A stretch of DNA of 64,000 nt, taken from Candidatus Uhrbacteria bacterium. GTDB taxonomy: Bacteria > Patescibacteriota > Patescibacteriia > JACQRZ01. Under the pieces are notes generated by a model that searched no databases, had not been told where the DNA came from, and saw only the letters and a program-made list of their open reading frames with translations. This document shows, in pieces, positions 56,750 to 64,000 of this stretch (its first letter is position 1; every line of letters begins with the position of its first letter). The stretch lies in contig JACPMJ010000005.1 of NCBI GenBank assembly GCA_016186045.1, positions 7,143 through 71,142 on the forward strand. The letters are read 5' to 3'. The position numbers and the translations under genes were made by a program.

Positions 56750-57700
56750 TTACTGCGGTTCTTCGAATTGCTGCTGTTCTTCCTGTTGTTGGCGAAGGAG
56801 CTCTTCTTCCTGTTTGATGACATCCGGACTTCGCTCTTCCAATTCCTGCACGGTGGGAGCCTGGTATAATCCAGGATTAAATATATCAACTGTCGGCAGA
56901 ATATCAACCGCGGTGGCGTTGCTCAGATCCGCATACCAACGGGATTCCATTGCGCGTGTTTCGCCGAATCCAAAATTAGTGAGTGGAATGGTATTGATAG
57001 CGATGATTTGATCCCCTGTTTTTACAAGTAAGGGAACAGATATGTCCCAAAAACGATAGACGGTTTCATTGAGAATTTTAAATGTCAGCTTGGTATAGGA
57101 AATTGCCCCTCCTTCTATTTGCTGGATCGGCGCGATTTTTATGTCTTTTACCGTGAAGCGAAGTTTTTGTGGCATTTCTTCCTTTTCTTTTTTTGATACG
57201 CGGTTCCAGGAAATATTTTGAAATTCCAAGCCAAGCGTTGTGGGCTGACTGGTGCGCTTGAGTCCCGGGAACATAAGATACTTTTCTTCTTCAGGCAAAA
57301 GAAATGCTTTTTGAGGCGGCAGAGGGCTTTCATCTGCGCTGAACACCGCGTCAACATATGCGAGCCAAAGCGAATTTGGATTTTTTACGCGAACATAGAG
57401 ATCATATGTTCCTTCCTCGCTTTGGATAAATGATACGCTGTCTTTTTGGATATCCTGAACAAGTGGGCGAATCAAAAGCGACGAGTATTGTTTTTTCAGG
57501 TCAGACAGCATTCCCTGATAATCCTGCCATGGGATAAAAATAATGCGCACAGCAAGGAATATGGCGATAGCCCAGATAAAAAAACAAATAATGCCCAATG
57601 TCATGGCTATCATGCGCAGAATTCGGTCTTTATGCGTGAGAAACCAATAACTTTTTTCAAGTTCTTCGTCAGTAAGATTTTGGGAAATATTTTCACTCAT
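56750..57700 (-). CDS. Hypothetical membrane-anchored protein
   Basis: 316-aa ORF with one N-terminal TM segment. Confidence 0.75.
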   Translation of the reverse strand: MSENISQNLTDEELEKSYWFLTHKDRILRMIAMTLGIICFFIWAIAIFLAVRIIFIPWQDYQGMLSDLKKQYSSLLIRPLVQDIQKDSVSFIQSEEGTYDLYVRVKNPNSLWLAYVDAVFSADESPLPPQKAFLLPEEEKYLMFPGLKRTSQPTTLGLEFQNISWNRVSKKEKEEMPQKLRFTVKDIKIAPIQQIEGGAISYTKLTFKILNETVYRFWDISVPLLVKTGDQIIAINTIPLTNFGFGETRAMESRWYADLSNATAVDILPTVDIFNPGLYQAPTVQELEERSPDVIKQEEELLRQQQEEQQQFEEPQ

Positions 57701-57774
57701 ACATTACAAATATAGCACATTCCAACCCCCTTGACAAAATAAGGAACGTATGGTTTGCTATACGTGCTTTCTGC

Positions 57775-57892
57775 GGTGTGGTGTGACGTAGTCGTGCAAG
57801 ACGGGGTGGGGTTGGGTCTGGCTAGGTATGGTTTGGCTAGGCGAGGCGAGGCACGGTAAGGTAGGGCTTATTCAAAGGAATGAGCTCTTTTT
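57775..57892 (+). ncRNA. Orphan GGY-NN pentamer array C (19 units in register) with terminator; putative guide RNA
   Basis: GGTGT GGTGT [GACGT AGTCG TGCAA GACGG] GGTGG GGTTG GGTCT GGCTA GGTAT GGTTT GGCTA GGCGA GGCGA GGCAC GGTAA GGTAG, then hairpin GGGCTTATTC-AAAG-GAATGAGCTC and TTTTT. Confidence 0.7.
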
Positions 57893-57955
57893 AATTTGAC
57901 GAAAAATAGGTGTTTGATAAGGTAAAAGCGGTGAAAAACAGAATCGTCTAAGAAC

Positions 57956-58028
57956 TGTCATCCTCGGGCTTGACCCGAGGATCCAGAGTTCATAGATCCC
58001 GGATCAGCGGAGGCGGATTGGGATGACA
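57956..58028. repeat. REP-like palindromic element
   Basis: TGTCATCCTCGGGCTTGACCCGAGGATCC...GATCCCGGATC...GGGATGACA. Confidence 0.7.
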
Positions 58029-58039
58029 ATTTCATACGT

Positions 58040-60124
58040 ATGACGAATGTCAGACTCCTTGTTTCTCTGATTATCGCATCTGGAATATTTAGCATCTTTT
58101 TATTTGGAAATACCTTATCTGGATTTGAAGCTGTTTACGCAGAATCGCTCCCCGTACCATTTGTTCGCACCGCGAATTATTTTTTACGAACCGTTCCGGA
58201 TATCAATCCGAATACATACGATGTATTGGCCGCGTACGACCTTCTCATACTCCCCATGGAGGCGCAAATCTACAATAGGGAGTTTTTTGATTACGCGCGC
58301 AAAAAAAATCCTTATATTATTATCTTAGCGTATGTTCCCTCGCGGAGTATCAATATTATTGACATAGATGACGGCGCACAGATCCGCAAAAAATTAAAAA
58401 ATGGCATTCAGAACGAGTGGTATCTGCGTGACAGTCGCGGAAGTATCGTGCAGGCATGGCCGGGAACGATCCCTGTAAACGTCACAACAGAATGGAATGC
58501 ATATTTGCCGCAATACGTGCATGAGGTGATTCTTTCCACGGGTCTATGGGATGGAATTTTTTATGACGAGGTGCAAGACTCCATGACCTATCTCAATCAT
58601 GGAGATATTGACATCAACAGTGACGGCAAACCAGACTCAAAAGAAGATGCGGATATATGGTGGCAAGACGGCATGCGAATATTATTCAAGCATACCCGTG
58701 AGCGTATAGGTGAAAAACCGATTATTCTCACAAACGGAAGCTCTCTGTCCGCATATGAGACGTATGTAAATGGCAGAATGTTTGAAAATTTTCCCTCTCC
58801 AAGGGGACATGGAACATGGCTTGAGTCCGTAAAGTCATATTTGCATCTTGATAAAAATAACACGCGACAGCCGATAAATATCATAAATACTACGACACTT
58901 AATACTGGTAATAAAAATGATTTTCGCACCATGCGTTTTGGCTTAGCATCCGCGCTTTTGGCAAACGGCTATTTCGCGTTTGACTACGGTGATAAAGATC
59001 ATGGCCAGCTGTGGAACTATGATGAGTACGACGTACAATTGGGGAAACCTACGGGATCACCGGAGAATGCCCTCGCGGGAATATCTACAAATATCCAAGA
59101 AGGAGTGTGGCGAAGAGATTTTTTACAAGGCGCGGTATTTTTGAATGCAACAGAGCATCAACAGACGTTTGAGCTTGAAGAAGAGTTTGAAAAAATTCGC
59201 GGGTCACAGGATCCGAATCATAATAATGGATCCATTATCTCTGAAATATCCCTTGATCCATATGATGGTATCATTCTTCTTCGGCCATTGGATGCTATTT
59301 TTGACCAGCAATTTTTAAACGGCTCATTTGCAAAAATTTTTAATGCGGATGGATCCGTCAAACGCAATGGATTTTTTGCGTATGAACAGCGTGTACGCGG
59401 ATCTGCGCAAGTGATTATCTCAGATGCCGTGTTTGTTGGCAGAAAAATTATCATTTCCGCGGATAGAGGAGTGGTTTCCATGAATTTCGATGACGGCGTA
59501 CCGATATATTCTTTTCAACCGTTTGGAAATGATTGGAAGTTTCCGATCTCTCTTGCGCTGGGAAAAAATGCTTTGTATACTTCGCTTCTGGCTGTAGCGC
59601 CGGCGCAGACAAACATAAAAAAACAAAAACACGGAACCAGTATCAAGATATATGATCTTTCATCAGGCAAGGAACAAAAATCTTTTCAGCCATTTGGCAA
59701 AACATTCAAGGGCTCTGTCTCGCTCGTATTCGGAGATATTGATCATGACGGCGCAGAAGAAATCATTGCCGCCGCAGGCGCTGGCGGAGGCCCGCACGTC
59801 CGCGCATTTCATGCAGACGGCACGCCAACAAAAACAAGTTTTTTCGCATATGAAAAAAAATTCAGAGGCGGCGTAGCCGTAGCGGTTGGGGATGTGTTTG
59901 GTACTGGTCTGCCGCAAATCATCACTGCGCCGGGTCCGGGCAGAGCGCCGGAGGTTCGCGTATTTTATTTTGACGGAAAACAATATGGAAAAACATTTTC
60001 TTTGTCTGAAAAAAATCGTAAAGACGGAACGCGCCTGGCAGTTTCTGACATAGATCATGACGGAAAAGACGAAATCATCACATTTACCGCCAATGTTTTT
60101 ACTATAGCCGGAGTTTCCCAATAA
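58040..60124 (+). CDS. Secreted putative glycoside hydrolase (TIM-barrel) with C-terminal FG-GAP-like repeats
   Basis: Signal peptide, WDGIFYDE, NGRMFENFP, GDIDHDGAEEII and GGGPHVR. Confidence 0.75.
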   Translation: MTNVRLLVSLIIASGIFSIFLFGNTLSGFEAVYAESLPVPFVRTANYFLRTVPDINPNTYDVLAAYDLLILPMEAQIYNREFFDYARKKNPYIIILAYVPSRSINIIDIDDGAQIRKKLKNGIQNEWYLRDSRGSIVQAWPGTIPVNVTTEWNAYLPQYVHEVILSTGLWDGIFYDEVQDSMTYLNHGDIDINSDGKPDSKEDADIWWQDGMRILFKHTRERIGEKPIILTNGSSLSAYETYVNGRMFENFPSPRGHGTWLESVKSYLHLDKNNTRQPINIINTTTLNTGNKNDFRTMRFGLASALLANGYFAFDYGDKDHGQLWNYDEYDVQLGKPTGSPENALAGISTNIQEGVWRRDFLQGAVFLNATEHQQTFELEEEFEKIRGSQDPNHNNGSIISEISLDPYDGIILLRPLDAIFDQQFLNGSFAKIFNADGSVKRNGFFAYEQRVRGSAQVIISDAVFVGRKIIISADRGVVSMNFDDGVPIYSFQPFGNDWKFPISLALGKNALYTSLLAVAPAQTNIKKQKHGTSIKIYDLSSGKEQKSFQPFGKTFKGSVSLVFGDIDHDGAEEIIAAAGAGGGPHVRAFHADGTPTKTSFFAYEKKFRGGVAVAVGDVFGTGLPQIITAPGPGRAPEVRVFYFDGKQYGKTFSLSEKNRKDGTRLAVSDIDHDGKDEIITFTANVFTIAGVSQ

Positions 60125-60164
60125 TGTACGATGTCATCCTCGGTTCGCCTCCGCCAGTTGACGG

Positions 60165-61964
60165 ATGGCGAATGACCGAGGATCCAGACAGAAAAATAAT
60201 ACTGACTTTATGGAAAACGCGCCAAATTTTCTCCACCCCGCATCTATTGCCGATATCCAGAAGAAATATTCTTTTTTCAGAAAGAGGTATGAAGAATTTT
60301 ATCATCATACCGTGCCCAGCAGATTTTTGCATATCATCGGCGATTCTTTGCTCATCATTCTTATTCTTTTTTTTGGATCATATGCCGGAGTATCGTATGT
60401 CCAGCAGAAGTTTTTTTCTCCTGCGTCAGCAAAAATGATAATCATTTTACCCGGAGACATTATGACAGTTGGTATGCCGATGAAATTTCTCATACGGTAC
60501 GAGAATACCACGCGCGTTCCTTTGCGCGATGCCCGCATAACATTCCAGTTTCATCCTCTTTTTACATCAGCAACATCATCACAATTCGCATTGAATCCGG
60601 AAACACGCACATTGGAACTTGGAACCATTGAGGCGAACCAGGAAAAAGAATTCGTACTTTCCGGTGTGCCATTCGGAGCGCTTGGCGATGTACAAACATT
60701 GTCCGGAGAATTGTCATTTCAAAGCAACAAGAAAGAAGGAAGGGAGCATATTCCTTCATTTGTTCGGTATGCCATCCAAAAAGGCGCACTCGCGCATCTT
60801 TCATGCGCTGTGCCAAGCTTTGTCACGTTTTATCAGATATTTGACCATGAGTGCACGGTTTTAAACATATCCGGACAATCCTTTGATCATGTTTCAACGA
60901 AATTTTCATTCTCTTCTTCATACACGAGTCGTTCGCGCGCCGCTGACTCAGAATATGCCCTTTCCGCGAATGAGGGAAGGGATATTTCGCATATGGGATT
61001 TTTCCAAAAAGAAGGCGTTGGCGCGCAAACAATCATTGCGCGGACATACCTTTCCTTGCATGATACAACATATCTTCAGGATGAAACACGCATGGCTGTG
61101 CGCGTCCTTGCGCCCGCACTTTCCTTATATGTGCGCTATGATCCGCTTCAGCCCCGTATGCCCGGAAAAACATATTCGTTTGTCTTGCATTGGAAAAATG
61201 AAAGCGCGCAAGGTATTTCTGACGCGCGCATACGCATGTTTGCGCACGGAGATTATGTGCAAGACAAAGAAATTGTATCTTTTATTAAATTCATACAACC
61301 CAGCAAAGAAGGAGATATTACATTCACACTTGCGTTAGATAAAAAACGTGAGCCGCAAAAAGAGTCTACTGACCATCTGTTTCAAATGACGTTTGAACCA
61401 TCCGCGTCATATATAAACCAAGAACAGCAAACAATAAAAGTTTTTGCCGTTCCCGTGCAGCTTGATATCAGTTCGGATATTTCAGTGCGGGCGTTTGCAC
61501 GGTATTATACTACTGACGGTGAACAAATTGGTCGCGGCCCCCTACCGCCTCGTGTAGGAAAAACCACACGGTATAGTATATTCCTTGCGCAAAAAAACAG
61601 CATCCATGCCATTGAAAATTTTACTGTTACCGCACAGCTGGGGCCGCACGCCTCATGGACCGGCATTGTGCCGATTGGAAGCGATGCGATCCGGTACTAT
61701 CCGGAGAAAAAAGAATTAGTCTATTTACTCTCGCTTCTTCCGTCTATATTTAACGCATCCAGCGAAGAATCGGGAGCGGTCTTTGAGCTCGCATTTACGC
61801 CAACCTCTCAAGATATCGGAATAGCGCCAACATTACTTCAGAATATCCGCGCGACAGGAAGAGACAGTGTCACGCATATGCCGCTGGAATTCAACGCGCC
61901 GGATATTACGACGGATGTACTTTTCGATTCACGAGCGAAGAGTATTGGAGGAGTAGTAAAATAG
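60165..61964 (+). CDS. Membrane-anchored Ig-like (DUF11-type) repeat protein
   Basis: One TM segment followed by beta-rich domains and GPLPPRVGKTTRY. Confidence 0.7.
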   Translation: MANDRGSRQKNNTDFMENAPNFLHPASIADIQKKYSFFRKRYEEFYHHTVPSRFLHIIGDSLLIILILFFGSYAGVSYVQQKFFSPASAKMIIILPGDIMTVGMPMKFLIRYENTTRVPLRDARITFQFHPLFTSATSSQFALNPETRTLELGTIEANQEKEFVLSGVPFGALGDVQTLSGELSFQSNKKEGREHIPSFVRYAIQKGALAHLSCAVPSFVTFYQIFDHECTVLNISGQSFDHVSTKFSFSSSYTSRSRAADSEYALSANEGRDISHMGFFQKEGVGAQTIIARTYLSLHDTTYLQDETRMAVRVLAPALSLYVRYDPLQPRMPGKTYSFVLHWKNESAQGISDARIRMFAHGDYVQDKEIVSFIKFIQPSKEGDITFTLALDKKREPQKESTDHLFQMTFEPSASYINQEQQTIKVFAVPVQLDISSDISVRAFARYYTTDGEQIGRGPLPPRVGKTTRYSIFLAQKNSIHAIENFTVTAQLGPHASWTGIVPIGSDAIRYYPEKKELVYLLSLLPSIFNASSEESGAVFELAFTPTSQDIGIAPTLLQNIRATGRDSVTHMPLEFNAPDITTDVLFDSRAKSIGGVVK

Positions 61965-61969
61965 GAAAA

Positions 61970-62629
61970 CTACAATTCCAATCTCTCCCCTATTTCCAGA
62001 AATCTGTAATTCAGCCCTGCCGCCTCAAATTCTTTTTTCACGAGAGGAATATCCGCGGGGAATTTTAGATTGTCATAATGTATAGGTACTACAAGTTTTG
62101 CTTCTGATTCTTTTGCAAAAAGTGCCGCTTCCCATGGACTCATGACAAGTCCGTGATTATTCACCGGTAAAAAGATGACATCACACTTGTATTCATTTTC
62201 AAAACAAAGAGTATCGCTCGTTTGGTATATCCTATGACTCCCATCGTCAACAATATACCCGATATTTTCATTCACCTCTCTGCCCTTAAGCAACGGAGTC
62301 CATCCATGGACCGCTCTAACAACTTCCACCTTAACATCATTAAAGTCCAGAACATCACCGGCCTTTACGATATTTGGGGAAAGTTCAGAATATGCATTCG
62401 CAACTTCTTGAGACGTATAAAATTTTGTTTTAGGATTTTTTGCTATCTCCTTAATCGCGTCAACGTGGCAGTGATCAGCATGTTTATGAGTAACAAGAAT
62501 AGTATCAATATCCGACCATTCTTTTTGGAGATATGATTCCTGATACTGAATAAATCCCGGATCAATAAGTATTCTCTTTCCCTTTGTCTCAATAAGTAAA
62601 CACGATTGCGCAAAGCGAGTAATGTGCAT
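61970..62629 (-). CDS. MBL-fold metallo-hydrolase
   Basis: ILIDPG, THKHADH, SDT and PIHY. Confidence 0.9.
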   Translation of the reverse strand: MHITRFAQSCLLIETKGKRILIDPGFIQYQESYLQKEWSDIDTILVTHKHADHCHVDAIKEIAKNPKTKFYTSQEVANAYSELSPNIVKAGDVLDFNDVKVEVVRAVHGWTPLLKGREVNENIGYIVDDGSHRIYQTSDTLCFENEYKCDVIFLPVNNHGLVMSPWEAALFAKESEAKLVVPIHYDNLKFPADIPLVKKEFEAAGLNYRFLEIGERLEL

Positions 62630-62766
62630 ATTTTTTATTTTCTATTTTTAATTTCGTTGATTTGAAATGATAATTCCTCTATTGATGGCATATGGTATGT
62701 ATAATATGGCATTACTATTATTTTACTATAACTTAGGTGTTTTACAAAATTTCACCCACAGTCCTA

Positions 62767-62795
62767 TTGACAAAAACAAGGAGATATGGTATAGT
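62767..62795 (+). promoter_or_regulatory. Consensus-like sigma70 promoter
   Basis: TTGACA-17 nt-TATAGT with an extended TG. Confidence 0.65.
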
Positions 62796-62980
62796 ATATT
62801 CGTTCCCTAAAAATTTACTTAAAATAAAAGGAAAAGAGGCATTCTAAAATGAGAATGCGGTTATATCCTGACCGAGCTACCTATTATAGTAATTATAGTA
62901 ATCTTTTTGACAGCGCTGATGAGCGAGGATGACCATCGCCATACCGAAATTCCACCGGTTCGCGAAGGAGGGTAAAGAAA

Positions 62981-63079
62981 GTGAATCAGATCTGCCTCAG
63001 CATAATCATGACGCTTGTATTCTCAGAAATTTTCATCGCAGTAAGCTATTATTATCTGCGACAGAGAAATAAGTCATGA
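62981..63079 (+). CDS. Putative 32-aa single-TM peptide
   Basis: GGAGGG RBS and GTG start; MNQICLSIIMTLVFSEIFIAVSYYYLRQRNKS. Terminator AGCCCAC...GTGGGCT-TTTTT follows. Confidence 0.45.
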   Translation: MNQICLSIIMTLVFSEIFIAVSYYYLRQRNKS

Positions 63080-63186
63080 TCGGAATGACCGAAATTCCAG
63101 CCCACCTAAAGAAACAGTGGGCTTTTTTATTTTCCCAAACCTGTTATAATGTATGTATAACTTCGTAAGGAAGCTCTCTTTATTTT

Positions 63187-64000
63187 ATGGTAAAAAAGAA
63201 ACACACCACCGGCGAATATGGCGCAAAACAAATCACTGTTCTTGAAGGCCTTGAGGCGGTACGGAAACGTCCGGGCATGTATATTGGTAACACTGCTGAA
63301 GCGGGTCTCCATCATCTCGTTTGGGAGGTGGTGGATAACTCCATAGACGAGGCGATGGCTGGCTTTTGTACGGAAATATCCGTAACACTCCTTCCTGATG
63401 GTGTAGTATCCGTACAAGACAATGGCCGAGGTATCCCTATCGATATTCATAAACAAACCGGCGTATCCGCTCTTGAAACCTGTCTTACCAAACTCCACGC
63501 CGGAGGAAAATTCGGTCAAGGCGCCTACAAAGTATCAGGTGGACTCCACGGTGTGGGTATCTCGGTAGTAAATGCGCTCTCAAGTTACCTGAAGGCGGAA
63601 GTGCGGCAAGACGGAAAACTCTATCAGCAAGAATATAAAATTGGAAAGCCACTCTATAAAGTGAAGCCAGTCGGAAAAGCGCACAACACGGGAACTACTA
63701 TTACCTTCAAGGCGGATGGCGCTATTTTTTCTGTTACGGAATATAATTGGGACATGATCATAGAGCGTCTCCGCCAGCAGGCATATCTTACAAAGGGAAT
63801 ACATATTACTGTTACCGACAAACGTGAAGGGAAAGAATCTATTCCGTATGAGTATTATTTTGAGGGAGGTGTTGCCTCATATGTGAGATTTTTGAATAGA
63901 AAAAAAGAACCCAAGCATGATCAGGTCTTTTACATGGAAAAAGAAATGCAGGAGGGACATATTTTGGTTGAGGTTGCTCTGCAATATGTGAATGACTATA
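63187..64000 (+). CDS. gyrB: DNA gyrase subunit B, 5' part (truncated by the window end)
   Basis: Translated by eye: YGAKQITVLEGLEAVRKRPGMYIG, EVVDNSIDEA, DNGRGIP and LHAGGKF..YKVSGGLHGVG. Confidence 0.95.
   Translation, partial: MVKKKHTTGEYGAKQITVLEGLEAVRKRPGMYIGNTAEAGLHHLVWEVVDNSIDEAMAGFCTEISVTLLPDGVVSVQDNGRGIPIDIHKQTGVSALETCLTKLHAGGKFGQGAYKVSGGLHGVGISVVNALSSYLKAEVRQDGKLYQQEYKIGKPLYKVKPVGKAHNTGTTITFKADGAIFSVTEYNWDMIIERLRQQAYLTKGIHITVTDKREGKESIPYEYYFEGGVASYVRFLNRKKEPKHDQVFYMEKEMQEGHILVEVALQYVNDY

Noticed and set aside
60425-60460. Partial match of array B's NN string (AT.AT.TT.CC.GG) to a coding sequence
   Set aside because: Only five dinucleotides match with single-base gaps, which is compatible with chance. 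A systematic search is needed.
63127-63804. Minus-strand ORFs 63127..63519 and 63580..63804
   Set aside because: They are shadows of gyrB on the plus strand, which the ORF track missed because it runs off the window.

Overview
Chromosomal segment of a small-genome bacterium using genetic code 11. The gene set and style suggest Patescibacteria/CPR (inference). The backbone is housekeeping: cysS, rplU, recR, dnaB, tRNA-Lys, gltX, rnpB, rnhA, recJ, lepA, mreBC, proS, gpmI-eno-pgk-gap, tsf-rpsB, rpmE-prfA-dcd-prmC, rplY, rodA and the gyrB 5' end. Two accessory loci stand out. (1) At 19.8-25.1 kb, a retron-type reverse transcriptase (NAxxH, VITG, unusual WCDD) lies co-directional with a MoxR-type AAA+ ATPase and an HExxH/vWA protein. 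Two structured intergenic RNA candidates in this locus share a 48-nt core. (2) At 38.6-41.9 kb, a stand-alone RAMP/Cas7-like gene is flanked by two GGY-NN pentamer arrays. A third, orphan array with its own terminator lies 18 kb away at 57.8 kb. Next to the RAMP-like gene is a compact RpoB-RpoC fusion that has lost its catalytic motif. Other points are a ~670-nt RNase P RNA with insertions in conserved junctions, two genes with internal deletions at microhomologies, and several families of palindromic repeats. No classical CRISPR array or rRNA was seen. All assignments come from reading motifs; no database search was run.
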